Shown here: one piece after another, positions 43,890-58,080 of the stretch
Layout: every line of letters starts with the position of its first letter
Position numbering within the stretch: the stretch's first letter is position 1
From: Eledone cirrhosa
Taxonomy: Eukaryota
Direction of reading: 5' to 3'
Length of the DNA stretch: 64,000 nt
Assembly: GCA_964016885.1 (NCBI GenBank)
Contig: OZ024740.1
Span: 272,676,001-272,740,000 of the forward strand
Notes under the pieces: model-generated
The model's input: only the letters and a program-made list of their open reading frames with translations
What the model was told of the DNA's origin: nothing
Databases searched by the model: none
Position numbers and translations under genes: made by a program

Positions 43890-46110
43890 TTTATACTTCC
43901 CGTAAATCAGTGTTGTTTGTTTGGGTGTTGTTATTCCATTCATTTTTTCTGTTTAGCCTTGGCCTTCTAAGTTCTATTTCGCTGGCCTCTCTGATTTGCC
44001 TATGTTCTGGGTCATTTCTATGTTTAGATATTATTCCAATTTCTATGTTGTCTATGTTACCGCCGTGTTGTTGTCTGGCATGTTCGTATAGTACTGAACG
44101 TTTTTTCGTTCTTTTAGTTCCCCCCAGTGTTGGTCTATCCTTTCACCTATGCTACGAGCTGTCTCGCCTATGTATGTTGTTGTCATGTTTCTGCAAGTAC
44201 CCTCTGTACATCTTATGCTATAGACTACGTTTCTAGTTTTACAGTTTATCCGGGGGTTTACTTTACATATAATACATTTCCTATTAGTACAGTGGGTTTT
44301 CTTAAAAGGCTAGGTTTTGTTGATCAGAGATTTTATGGTGGTTCCTGGCTTGTCTAACACCTTAATCTTTAAGTGGGTCTTTCTCAAGGCCTTTCTACAC
44401 TGGTTAGCTAATTTCCCTCAAGGGGTAGCGTCCACCAACATGACACTGGTATCTCTGGTTGTCGTACCATGAGGTGGCTTTCCCTATCTTATGTCTAGTC
44501 CTATCTAAGCTACTCCATGATTTGCTCCTGTATAATGGGCAAATTCCTTTCGTGTTCAGTTCTATGAGGGTCTTATACTTCTTCGTGGCTCCTTCGTATA
44601 CTCTGATTCTGTCTCTTTGGTTGTAGCCAGAGAATTGCATGCGGTTGATGAAGTGTTGGATGTGTCTTTCCATTTTTGTTCGGTTGCACATGCGGGACAC
44701 GTTCTTCAATCGTACCAAGTCTGCGATCAGAATATTAAACTTAGCACTACTGGACATTGCTGTGTTTTTGAGTATCAGGTATTTGGAGGCCATGGGTTTA
44801 GCATAGTGTGAGTGGAGAATTTGGGCTCTCTCGTCTATAGTGTTAATCCAGAGTTCTGTGTCTAATACAGGTAGTCTATTGTTAGGGTGTTTTGAAGGGT
44901 AGTCGATAGTTACAATTATACTCTGGTGTATGGAATTAGCTATCTGGTGGATGCTTTCCATTGTGCTACGTTCTAAATCAAATTTGTTAGTACTCTCTGG
45001 TGGGGATGTTCTTATTACTATATTGATGTCGTCTACGTAACGAGTGTACATGATGAGGTCTATGGAGCTCTCATCAAGAAGATCTTTGAGTCTCCTTTCC
45101 CACCATACCATAACAAGGTTGGCAACCTCACCAGCTATGCTGTCGCCAATGGCTGCTCCCTCATTTTGGGTGTAGATCTTCTCGTTGAATTTGAATATGT
45201 GGCCCTTTAGGGTAGTTTTGATACTAGCCCCTATTGCATGTGCGACCATTTTTCTTACCTGATCATTGGTTTGGGAGGTCCGTATAGCTTTGGTCCACCC
45301 AATCCACCTTCCCAGTATTTTTTGCTATTGAGGTTATGGGGGGGGGGGGGGGGCTACCTCTTATGGGTCTACTGGGGCAGAAACCTCTAAGGCCATGGCT
45401 GTCTAGGTAGTCAGTGTCATAGGTAAGTCTAAGTAGGAGGACCGGTTCGTCTGTGTCGACGTGGCAGAACTCCACCTCACTCTCAATGATCATCTCCACA
45501 CATTTTTCCACAGCAAAATCATTGTTAATGGATGGGTAGGTGATACCACATCCATACTGCCTATTATGCAGTTGGATAGGTTCCTGTATTTGTTGCACTC
45601 ACTGATTCTGCTGAGGAGGTCATCTGTACTGACACATACATCTGGGGACATCTTGATTATGGGGCGTATAACCATTGAGAGGAAGTAGGAGATCCTGTAG
45701 TTGCTAGCTATATTTGCTCCGCATACGGGTCTTGTTGGTGGTCCTGTTGTCGGGTCGTCGACTGTCTTGTGGTCTTTGCGGAGCCCATACAGGATGGTAA
45801 GCCATTGCTAGACGCCTGGAAGTTGTTGGCAGTGCGCCTGCTTGGCTTTAGGATGTCGGTCCACATCATCATGTAAGCGTTGAGGATTTTCTCTCTCCCA
45901 TCATGTATTTTCTGTGCAATTTCGCTCGTGTTGGTGATGTGGGGTTGCATACCATTGATGTAGTTCGGCATGCTCTCTATTGGCATCCTACCAGACTTAA
46001 CCGTGGGTAGACATACTACCTCACCATCCCTTGTGCGCTGCTTGAGGCTAACCAAGCATTCTACAGATTTCCTCCCAATTGTTGGACATCTGGTCTGGTC
46101 TGTCTCTCAG
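43890..46110 (-). pseudogene. PLE reverse transcriptase + GIY-YIG endonuclease (disrupted)
   Basis: IIGSMDV, FKFNEKIYTQNEGAAIG, YTRYVDD, LPVLD, KPMAS. Multiple frameshifts. Confidence 0.88.
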
Positions 46111-46137
46111 TATACCGGTCTACTATTTGATCGAAAC

Positions 46138-47518
46138 AATGATCAGGTAAGAAAAATGGTCGCACATGCAATAGGGGCTAGTATCAAAACTACCCTAAAG
46201 GGCCACATATTCAAATTCAACGAGAAGATCTACACCCAAAATGAGGGAGCAGCCATTGGCGACAGCATAGCTGGTGAGGTTGCCAACCTTGTTATGGTAT
46301 GGTGGGAAAGGAGACTCAAAGATCTCCTTGATGAGAGCTCCATAGACCTCATCATGTACACTCGTTACGTAGACGACATCAATATAGTAATAAGGACATC
46401 CCCACCAGAGAGTACTAACACATTTGATTTAGAACGTAGCACAGTGGAAAGCATCCACCAGATAGCTAATTCCATACACCAGAGTATAACTGTAACTATC
46501 GACTACCCTTCCAAACACCCTAACAATAGACTACCTGTATTAGATACGGAACTCTGAATTAACACTATAGACGAGAGAGCCCAAATTCTCCACTCACTAC
46601 GCTAAACCCATGGCCTCCAAATACCTGACACTAAAAAACACAGCAATGTCCAGTAGTGCTAAGTTTAATATTCTGATCGCAGACTTGGTACGAGTGATGA
46701 AGAACGTGTCCCGCATGTGCGACCCAACAGAAATGGAAATACACATCCAACACTTCATCAACCGCATGCAGTTCTCTGGCTACAACTAAAGAGACAGAAT
46801 CAGAGTATACGAAGGAGCCACGGAGAAGTATAAGACCCTCATAAAACTGGACATGAAAGGAATTTGCCCATTATACAGGAGCAAATCATGGAATAGCTAA
46901 GATAGGACTAGACATAAGATAGGGAAAGCCACCTCATGGTACGACAACCAGAGATACCAGAGTGTCATGTTTGTAGACGCTACCCCTGGAGGGAAATTAG
47001 CTAACTAGTGTAGAAAGGCGCTGAAAAAGACCCACTTAAAGATTAAGGTGTTAGAAAAGCCAGGAACCATCATAAAATCCCTGATCAGCAAAACGTACCC
47101 TTTTAAGAAAACCCACTGTACTAATAGGAAATGTATCATATGTAAAGTAAACCCCCGGATAAACTGTAAAACTAGAAACGTAGTCTATAGCATAAGATGT
47201 ACAGAGGGTACTTGCAGAAACATGACAACATACATAGGCGAGACAGCTCGTAGCATAAGTGAAATGATAGACCAAAACTGGGGGGAACTAAAAGGACGAA
47301 AAAAACGTTCAGTACTATACGAACATGCCAGACAACAACACGACGGTACCATAGGCAACATAGAAATTAGAATAATATCTAAACATACAAATGACCCAGC
47401 AGATAGGCAAATCAGAGAGGCCAGTGAAATAGAACTTAGAAGGCCAAGGCTAAACAGAAAAAATGAATGGAATAACAACAACACCCAAACAAACAACACT
47501 GACCTAAGAGAAGTATAA
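46138..47518 (+). pseudogene. PLE RT C-terminal half + GIY-YIG endonuclease (disrupted)
   Basis: YTRYVDD and CKTRNVVYSIRC...TYIGETARS...RQIREA...LNRKNEW, with internal stops. Confidence 0.88.
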
Positions 47519-47765
47519 ATAAATAAATACATACACAAGCACAATAACAACAAACACATATAAACACACTAGTAAACTAAGATAGAAAACAATAACCAAT
47601 ACACAGTCACCCAAACACGAACACACATCAAACAAAACACAATACACACACGCAAACGCATGCGTAGATAAGACAAAAAAAAACGAAACAAATAAATAAA
47701 TAAATAAACATACTAAATAAAGATGGCGTAGGCTTACAATACAACGGGAGGAAACATAATAGCAT

Positions 47766-47803
47766 CACTGACGATGTTGCAGATGTGCAACGAAAGAACT
47801 TTG
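47766..47803 (+). ncRNA. Hammerhead-like motif in PLE pseudo-LTR (mirror copy on - strand 43610-43647)
   Basis: ca-CTGACGA-t-gttgca-gatg-tgcaac-GAAA-gaa-CTT-tg. Stem II is strong; stems I and III are weak. Confidence 0.6.
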
Positions 47804-48116
47804 TTAGACTATATATATATGTGTTTGTGTCTATATTGTATCTGTATTTTTGACCGTTGGTCAGTCAATGGCAACATTGAGGACCGAATAAATTAAATTA
47901 ACCGATATGAACGTCACAGAAGCGAAAACCAACCAAACAGTGAGTGTGTTCTGTTATTAATTCTGGTAATATTATTACGCAAATATGACGGTCCCCAAGT
48001 ATAACAATATATATATATATATATTTAGGTTACATATAATTGCATTTAGACGTTTATCAGTGTGGGCATGTGAGTATGTATCAATTCTATGAAGACACCA
48101 GTGTGTGTATGTATGT

Positions 48117-48177
<61 letters not shown>

Positions 48178-48293
48178 GCCCACACTGATATACATCTACA
48201 TACAATTATATGTAACGTACACCTATATATGCGTACACGTACACACTGATACAGACACGCGCATGCTCGCGCACGCACGCACACACACACACA

Positions 48294-49543
48294 CAGAGGG
48301 TGCGGACGGTATTTGAGGAGACATGTATTTTTAGTCATTATTTTATTTGAATAATTTTTACTGAACTTCCATTTCAGAAAATAACAATGGAAATAACTAT
48401 GCTTACTAATGAAATGAAAAGGCATGCTGTGATTGTGGCTTTGAAGGCAAAACATGGGGATTTAGAAATTTCTCGTTTCTGAAAGTTGCATGATCTTTTG
48501 TCCACAAGATCTGGTGTGAGTTAGAGAAAGAAGACGGAAGCGTATTACCTGTATCAAAAGGTAAAAAATATTCCAAACGCTCTGATTCTCTCAAGACACC
48601 TGAATTTATTCAGGAAGTTAAGCGAAACATTGATGACAATCCAGGAAAATCAATGAGGTCAATTGCAAAAACTGTTGGTGTGTCAGAAAAAAAAATCAGA
48701 AATGTTGTGCATGAAGACATCAGATACAAATCTTACGTGATGGGAAGGGGTCAATTCATGTCAGAAAAAACAAAATAAAAGCGTTTAATCAGATCCAAAA
48801 GACTTTTAAACAAACTTAAAAATCCTTCAGAAGATGGTGTGATTTGGTTTTTCTCAGATGAGAAAAACTTTGACCAGGACCATAAAACTAACAGAAGAAA
48901 TGACAGGTGGGTATGTGCAGACACTTCTGAGGTTCCAAGAGTAATGCATACAAAATTTCCTGCAAGTGTCATGGTTTTGGGTGTTGTTAGCAATGAAGGA
49001 CATGTGATGCCTCCTCACTTTTTTCAACAAGACCTTAGAGCGAATGCTGCTGCATATATTGAGGTTCTGGATAAAGTTGTTAAGCCTTGGATCAACAGTG
49101 TATGCAATGGAAGGCCTAATGTCTTTCAACAAGATTCTGCACCATCACACAAGGCTCAAATGACACAAGAATGGATGGTTGACAATTTGCATGATCACAT
49201 CACCCCCAACATTTGGCCTCCTAATTCTCCAGATCTCAATCCACTGGACTACTATGTATGGAACATCATTGAGAAAAAATGTCCCCTATAGCACCAAAGA
49301 TTCTTTGAAAGCCGCCATAATTCGAGTCATGTCCGATATGCATAAGGACCACTTACTCCGAGCTTGCAAACGATTTCGACCCCAGTTATTGATGCTTATG
49401 CTGGTTTTATTGAAAGAAATTATTAAATGGATAATTTAGCTTTATGTTTAAGTTGTTTTTATAAGAATACAGTTTTTTCTGATATTATATAAGCGGTTTT
49501 TAAAAAACCCATAAATATTTCCTCAAATACCGCCCGGACCCTG
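48294..49543 (+). mobile_element. Tc1/mariner superfamily DD37D (maT-type) transposon, transposase pseudogene
   Basis: Imperfect TIRs (cag..ggt.cgg.cggtatttgagga) with TA at the right end. FSDEKNF...FQQD-x37-D (WPPNSPDLNPLDY). Stops and frameshifts in the N-terminal half. Confidence 0.9.
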
Positions 49544-50869
49544 TATATGTATGCTGGTACGTTTTTTTATTGTCCTTAGAATGATGAGTAAATCAAAGAT
49601 CGACTAGATATTATATTTTAAATCGAAACATAAATGTAAGCACATAAATACCTACGGACATGACTGTGTGTTTGGGAAGTTTGTTTCACAATTACGCGGA
49701 TCCGTGCTGGGTCCTTAGTACCTGGTGAAAATGTCTTCCTCGGAATGTGAATAGAATTTGGGAGACAGAAACGGTGTGGAAGACCATCATATATCCTTGA
49801 AATGGTTTTGTATTTCACTTCAAATCCAGTGTTGCATTATGACATATTTTGAGAAAGATTGTTTTACAAATAACAAAGAAGACTTCATGGTTTCGCACGT
49901 TTCTCTCTACGCCATTTCACTCACTAGTTTTCGATCGAGATATAGTAAAAGAATGGCGACGAATTGGCAGAGTCGTTAGAACGTCGGATAGAATATTTGC
50001 GATATACGTTTTGGCTTTTTACTCGCTGAGTTCAAATACCGCCAAGGTCACCTTTGCATTTCACCCATTCGAGGTCGATAAAAAAAGCACCAGTATAGTA
50101 CTGGGATGGATTCTTGCTTCATATCTATTTGTCACTTCCATTGTTTCACTCTCTATACTTCTCAGGAAGAAATCTGCTGTATTCAGACGTGGAGAGGAGA
50201 TGGGCTCTGCCAGGTTTAAAAATACTCTAGTATTGTCATCTATCAATACGGTGTCCCTACGTCTCCCCCAGTAGTTACGGCAAAGAAAATAAAAGAAAAT
50301 AAAAGAATATTAAAAGAAACTTGCCAAAGTTGCGATGTAGTGCAAAGCAAACTTCTTCACTATTCACCCATACAATATTACCACCAACCATACACTATTA
50401 TCAATCATACAACACTATTAATATCAATAACGTTACATAATTATAATGCCATCCGCCATCTATTGCTAGACACCACTCCCTAGAATTTTGTTACCGTTCC
50501 TGCTTCATGTCTGTTTCTTAATGCAAGTAATAATACATCTACTAACATCACTACCTCAACATAGAAAACATCATAATCACCAGTCACAATACCTCTATCA
50601 TGATCACGACTATTGCTATAACTACCATCGCTATCAATACAACCATAACCACCATCACTACTCATAAAACCAGTTACAATACATCACTATCAATATAAAT
50701 ATCACCAATGGTACAATCACTTTTTAGCACCAACATTGTTCTGATAAACATCATTATCAACTTGAACATCTTCAACCGAAACCATCTCAGCCATTATTAC
50801 CTCCATCATCATTACAACTCACCACTCTCTTCCACTCCATACCACTACTACCATCATTGTCATCACCAA

Positions 50870-51160
50870 CATTATCACCATCGCAACTATCACCACCACC
50901 ACCACCACCACCATCACAACCACCACCACCACCATCACTACCACTATTAAATCTATGACTACAGAATCCATCCTACATCATCACTACCATCACAAAAAAC
51001 CACCAACATCACCACCACCACCACCACCACCACCAAAACCACCACCATCACTACCACCACCACCATCACCACCACCACCACCACCACCACCAAAACCAAC
51101 ACCACCACCACTACCATCACCACCAACATCACCACCACCACCACCACCACCACCACCAAA

Positions 51161-51223
<63 letters not shown>

Positions 51224-51562
51224 GGTATTACAAAGAACCAAAGAAAGTGGGGTGTTACTGGTCGTTCGACGAGCTAAATATAGCAACCAAATCTCCATTA
51301 GATCACACTTTACTGCCTTAAAAATAAAGAACGACAGACGACGCAGGGTCATTTAGTTCTAGATAAAGTATGCTTAAAATAAATGGCGAGGTCATGCCTG
51401 GAATGGCTCTAATCAGAGGAAACCTAGAATTAAATAGCAACAACATTGCTAACCTTACCACTATCGTTACAACCAGTACCACTACTACCATAACTGCTAC
51501 CAATAACACTGCAGTAATTACTTAACCTCTAACACGCTCCGTTCCACCCCATCATACTACTG

Positions 51563-51612
<50 letters not shown>

Positions 51613-51940
51613 GCTGCTACCACAACCACCACCATCACCACATACATTGTCACTGATATCACTACTACCAGAATCAACACAGCTGCAAACCCACCCCTAG
51701 CAGCAGCAGCAGCAGCAGCAGTAGTAGCAGTAGTAGTAGTAATAGTAGTAGTAATAGCAGTAGTAGCAGTAGTAGTAGTAATAGTAGTAGTAATAGCAGC
51801 AGTAGCAGCAGTAGTAGTAGTAGTAGTAGTAGTAGCAGCAGCAGCAGTAGTAGTAGTAGTAGTAGTAGCAGCAGCAACAGCAGTAGCAGCAGTAGTAGCA
51901 GTAGTAGTAGTAGTAGTAGTAGTAGTAGAACTACTACTAC
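50870..51940. repeat. (CAC)n/(CTA)n/(TAG)n low-complexity tracts
   Basis: Read directly from the sequence. Confidence 0.85.
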
Positions 51941-52204
51941 TTGTGCAACTGGTACGAGAGAAGAACAATGGTGGGAGCTTTGGCAGGATGTATTATCGCC
52001 TTACACACACGTGAACCGGAAGTGGAAAATGTTGTTGTTATTGTTGTTATTGATGTTGTTGCTAATGTTCAAGGTTGATGACGTCAGAATGAATCATTTG
52101 CCATGCAGTGTAGATGGTTTATCACCAAGGCAGCGTATATCTATTTAGTGGCTAGCATGTGGTATGACGGAGTGTAGCACATCAGGGGGGATATATATAT
52201 ATAT

Positions 52205-52456
52205 ATAGAGAGAGAGTGAGAGAGAGAGGGAGAGAGAGAGGGAGAGAGAAGGAGAGGAAGGCAGAGAGAGAGAGTGTGTCCGAGAGAAAGAGAGAGAGGC
52301 AGAGGGAGAGAGAGGAAGAGAGATAGAGAGAGAGAGAGAGAGAGAGTGTGTGTGTCCGAGAGAAATAGAGGGAGAGAGAGAGTCAGAGAGAGGGAGAGGA
52401 AGGGAGAGAGAGAGTCAGAGAGAGGGAGAGTCAGAGAGAGAGAGAGGGAGAGAAAT

Positions 52457-52495
<39 letters not shown>

Positions 52496-52611
52496 GAGAA
52501 AGGGAGGAAGAAAGAGGGAAGAAGGCAGAGAGAGAGAAATTAGAGAGAAATAAAAACAGAAGCAGGAGAGAATAATAAGAGGAATAGAGGAAGCAATACA
52601 TAAAGTAGAGA

Positions 52612-52702
<91 letters not shown>

Positions 52703-52835
52703 TAGATTACAAAAAGGAAGACGACGGAGAGTAGAGAGAGGGGGGAATAGAGTGAAGAAATGTGTAAAGGGAGTGGAATGTGGAATGTGGCGGGGGGGAC
52801 GGAAAGAAAGATAGTGGGATAAAAGAGAGCGAGAG

Positions 52836-52894
<59 letters not shown>

Positions 52895-52983
52895 AATAGA
52901 GTGAAGAAATGTGTAAAGGGAGTGGAATGTGGAATGTGGCGGGGGGACGGAAAGAAAGATAGTGGGATAAAAGAGAGCGAGAG

Positions 52984-53030
<47 letters not shown>
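52205..53030. repeat. (GA)n-rich polypurine tract containing a ~150-bp tandem duplication (52741-52888, 52889-53025)
   Basis: ggggaatagagtgaagaaatgtg...gggataaaagagagcg occurs twice. Confidence 0.85.
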
Positions 53031-53031
<1 letters not shown>

Positions 53032-53579
53032 CAAACGGGGTCCGAAGTGCTGGTCGCCCCATAGCCCCGGCGGACAGAATGGAGAAGGCGTTTCCCCGGG
53101 GGGTGGTAAGGGAGATGCGCTGGACAGTTGGGAGGTAGATACGAATAAACAAAAAACATTCTACTCCTAAACAAGCAAAACTATTTTAAGCAAGCTGTTG
53201 GTTGCGACAACAAATATATCAGAAGGAAAAAAAAAAGTATGATTTGGTATTGTTGCTCTTAGCTGCTGGTAACTCTAATGGTGAGAAAGGATGAGGCACT
53301 CCTTGTAACTTGGTTGTTATCGGCCGATAGTGCCAGTGACAGCGAAAACGAAGAGACCTCACTTGCTCTGCTCTGCACGTGCTTTGACCGGTGGTATTCT
53401 CTGAAAAAAAAAAAAAAAAAAAATCAGTAGTAGCAACATGCAACGTACCAGTGCCCTACTTTTTCCTTTGCCTTTCCTCCTCATCTAGATTTTACTACCA
53501 CATGCGTACCAACTATGCTTTCTGTTTACCAAACTGATTGCCATCATCTGTGCTTCTTAAATGATTTATTGCCCTACTA

Positions 53580-53921
53580 CCGAGGTTCTCAAACTTTTGG
53601 GGCCACCCCCACAGCCACGTAATACCCCCAGTGCCCATACCCCTATTTCCAGAGAGACCTGCATAGATGCAAATTGTAAATAATATATGATAAATAAAAT
53701 GGTTAATTTGTATATTTTCAATAATATAATATATACTATCTATGAATAAATATTATGTATTTTTTATTTTACTATATTTCTATATGTATCATTTGATATT
53801 TAATATACTATTATATCATTTCTACCACCACCACAACCCCGACCCCTAGGTCCCAGCGTCTCCTGGACCTCTCAAAGCCCGGGAGGGGGGGGGGGGGTAG
53901 CGCCCATTTTGAGAACCTCTG
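53580..53921. mobile_element. hAT-type MITE
   Basis: TIR c(a/c)gaggttctcaaa, with 8-bp flanks ccctacta/ctctacaa (degenerate TSD). Confidence 0.6.
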
Positions 53922-54225
53922 CTCTACAATAGCCTTGTGTGCTACAGTAATGACTAGTGAAACTCTACTAGGCAACATATTGTCTGTCAGCTCCGCACTC
54001 ACCACTCCGTATGGTTGCACAAAGATCAAGAGAAACTATAGATCGATTTTTATGTCCGAGAACATTGTGGTTCTGAGACCTGTATACTGTGGGACTATTT
54101 TGTGAACAGACGCAGGTTTCACCAGCTCCTATTGTCTCCTCGCCTTGCTATCTGTCATAAGAAGCCAGTCATACGCATCCATATACCCTGTCCTGAGAAC
54201 ACAACCTGTGACATATTCGCTAAAG

Positions 54226-54427
54226 CAGACATGTCAAACATGTGGCCTTTTGCAAGAGTACCTGCGGCCCGCACAAATGTTTTTACTGCGAGCGCATGTT
54301 TTATCTTCGTAATGTAAAATGAAAAAAATATAGTTGTAATGTGCGCAATTGGTTGTCCTGTGTGGCCCTCAGACAACACATATGTGAGCCATGTGGCCCT
54401 CGGCGGACCCTTAATTTGACATGCCTG
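54226..54427. mobile_element. hAT (Charlie-like) MITE
   Basis: TIRs cagacatgtcaaa/tttgacatgcctg and 8-bp TSD cgctaaag/cgctagag. Confidence 0.75.
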
Positions 54428-55124
54428 CGCTAGAGCTTTCTGTCTGATACATGACAGAATGTAGGCTCCATGCCTTACGTAGTTCAAAGGTTGTCGTGCA
54501 ACCTTTGAACTACTTGGATTGAATCAAAGCCTCGATGTTGCGTGACTGGAACGTTTTTGATCTTAAGTCAGCTCAGTCAGCTGAGTTGGAGTTAAATCAC
54601 AACAACAAAATTACTTCACCAGTTAATTCTTGTGCAAAAGGGAACTCTCTAAGCAGTTGCATGAGCTGCAAAATGTAGCAGCTAAATTTCATCATATTAC
54701 ACCCCACTGTATTAAACAACAACAACAATTAAGGAAGAACATTTCGATAAACGTCACTTCTAGTTATTCAACAAAGAAAGTTTGTTCATGTCTGAAATAA
54801 TTTTGATCATATATCTGCACAAGCAAGGCTGATCTGGGACTAAAGAATAACGTTTACAACGACGACGACATCAACAGCGTTAATCACAGCAACCATAACA
54901 CCAATAACAACAACAATGACAAAAACCAATGAATTGCATGAATGTCACAAAATATTTTTCCAGAAAATTAACACCATTTTTAGAATATTGAATGTGAATA
55001 CAAATATACTCTTTATAAACATGAGGTTAATTGACCGGATAACTATCTTCTGAGTCACAGCATTCCTTTTGTTCTTTTTCTAAAAAATAACAAGGCTTTT
55101 TGTCGAATCAATAGAAACTGTTAA

Positions 55125-55130
55125 TTCTTT

Positions 55131-55191
<61 letters not shown>

Positions 55192-55648
55192 TCTCTCTCT
55201 CTTTCTTTCTTTCTCTCTTTCTTCTTTTCTTTCTTTATTTCTTGTTTTTCTTTCTCTCTTCCTCTCTCTCGCTCTTTCTTGTTTTCTTGTTTTCTTGTTT
55301 TCTTGTTTTCTTTTTTCTTTCCTGTTCACTTCCTTTCTTGTTCTCTTTCATTCTTGTTTTCTTTCTTCCTTGTTTTCTTGTTTTCTTGTTTTCTTTTTTC
55401 TTTCCTGTTCACTTCCTTTCTTGTTCTCTTTCTTTCTTGTTTTCTTTCTTCCTTGTTTTCTTGTTTTCTTGTTTTCTTGTTTTCTTTTTTCTTTCCTGTT
55501 CACTTTCTTTCTTGTTCTCTTTCTTTCTTGTTTTCTTTCTTCCTTGTTTTCCTTTCTCTCTTCCTCCCTCTCTCTTTCTTTCTTGTTTTCTTTTTCCTTC
55601 CTTGTTTTCTTTCTTTCTTTCTTTCTCCCCCCCCTCTCTCTCTTTCTG
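55125..55648. repeat. Polypyrimidine tract with ~80-90-bp minisatellite (x3)
   Basis: (TTTC)n plus the repeated unit ttttttctttcctgttcactt. Confidence 0.85.
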
Positions 55649-56103
55649 TATGCTTTATCTTTTGTACAATTCGCGCGTCTGTGGAGTGATGACGGAAGGT
55701 TGCTTATTACGAATGAAGAAAACATGCTCGTTGGCGGTTTTTCTAGACACCCACCACTCACTTGATCGTGTGTGATAAAAATAGCCCATGTATCTATATT
55801 TGGTGAAGAAGCACTTAGTTGTTGGATAAAAATAGTCATAGCGTAATAAACTTCTAGTTTCTAGGGTGTTGTTCTTGTTTGTGTTGTTGTTGGTGGTTTT
55901 GATAGCGGCGAAGACGTAGTTATTGTTGTTGTTGATTCAGGAAGTATATGTTTACAGTGTACACGTGTGTTTGTATACGTGTGTAGTCTGGTTTGTATCA
56001 GATAAATGAGAGAGGAAAACTCTGACGGTTTTCCCGGCTTGCGGAAAATAAAGGAATTTTATAGCAATATAAATATTTATAGCTACGGAGCTGACTTTCG
56101 CAC

Positions 56104-56195
<92 letters not shown>

Positions 56196-56549
56196 TTACA
56201 TACATATATTTATACATATATACATATATACATACATACATACATTTATAAATACATACATATATACACGCATACATGCATACATACATACATAAATATA
56301 TATATACATACATACATATATAAATACATACATATATACATGCATACATGCATACATACATACATAAATATATATATACATACATACATATATAAATACA
56401 TACATATATACATACATATATACATGCATGCATACATACATACATACATACATACATTTATACATCTATACATACATATATATATACATATATACATAAA
56501 TATATACATACATACATACATGCATACATACATATATACATACATACAT

Positions 56550-57412
56550 CAAATTGACCAATTTACAGAAAAAGTTGTGCATGGATACTTGAGACGTAAA
56601 ACACAGACCACAGAGGGGACAAACCACTCAAAAAGCCTGGCATGGAGTTCCGACAAGTTTATGACACATCACACCTTGAGGGATATCTCTATGCAATACA
56701 GGAACAAGAACTCCCTACCAAATATCTGCTGCACAAAAGGGGAGGGACATCAGCTGACAATAAATGTAGGCTATGTAAAACAAAGATCGAGGATGTAAGC
56801 CACATTGTTGCCAGCTGCGAAATAATATCATCTCGCAACTACCTCCCCATGAGACACGATGGGATAGCTAGAACCATCTGGAACGCACTCCAGAAAACAA
56901 AATTAACAACAAACGAGGAAGAATATATTGAGACAGATGGCACTAAGAATACTTGTGGAAACTGAAAATAAAAACTGCCACCAAATTAAAGCACAACCGG
57001 CCTGATATTGTTGTTTGGGACCACACATTGAAAACGTGTTCTGTTGTGGAGATCAGCTGCCCACTTGATGTAAATGTTGTCAGAAAAATACAGGAGAAGG
57101 AGGACATCTACGGATCATTGATGAGGAGTTTACAAATTCAGTATCCAAGATACACCTTTAGCTTCATACCCATCATTATTGGAGCTACGGGCTATATACC
57201 AAGACGCTTGGAGCAAAGTATGACTGAACTTGGATTTGCAGACAAAGAGCGCAGCTCTCTAATTCATAGTCTACAAATGGCTGCGATAGCTGGCACCTTC
57301 AAAATTTGCAAAACATTCTTGCGATTCAAGGGATGACAATTTCTTTTCTTTTACAACCTTGCCACCAGAAAGGTGGCTGGTCAAAAATATATACTCGAAA
57401 TTAAGAGAAAGA
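56550..57412 (+). mobile_element. R4/Dong-like non-LTR retrotransposon 3' fragment (CCHC + restriction-like endonuclease)
   Basis: [32 protein letters not shown]...VEISCP, K..Y, PIIIGATG. Frameshifted and embedded in (CATA)n. Confidence 0.85.
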
Positions 57413-57430
57413 GATAACATAAATGCATGA

Positions 57431-57467
<37 letters not shown>

Positions 57468-57804
57468 TATACACATAAATACATAAATACATTATTATAT
57501 ACATACATAAATACATAATACATAAATACATAAATACATTAATACATAAATACATAAATACATTATTATATACATACATGCATACATACATAAATACATA
57601 CATTCATTATTATATACATACGGGGTCGATAAAATAAAGTACCAGTAATGTACTGGTAAATTGCTGGCCTTGTGCCAAAAATAGAAACAATTATTATATA
57701 CATACATATATACATATATACATATATACATACAAAATACACACCTACATGTATACGAACTCATAAGCACACAGATATACATACTTACAGACACAGACAT
57801 ACAC

Positions 57805-57835
<31 letters not shown>

Positions 57836-57967
57836 AATATGATTAAAATATCGGTATATAAAATATATATGGAGGTGGTGACCGTTCAATGTAAAGGCGC
57901 TAACATTTCTGAAAAGAAGGAACCTACACGATATTGTTATTAGATTTCTTCCACAAAAACATAGAGA

Positions 57968-58037
<70 letters not shown>

Positions 58038-58080
58038 ACGTATATCTATGTGTGTGTGTGTATGTATGTATATATGTATG

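Larger units (their letters stand above)
43360..48010. mobile_element. Penelope-like retroelement as a head-to-head inverted duplication
   Basis: 43403-45268 is the reverse complement of 46138-48010. The minus copy extends 5' to ~46110 and has a tail at 43360-43402. Confidence 0.92.

Noticed and set aside
55270-55550. CRISPR-like repeat array
   Set aside because: These are low-complexity tandem units without unique spacers, in a eukaryotic context with no cas genes.
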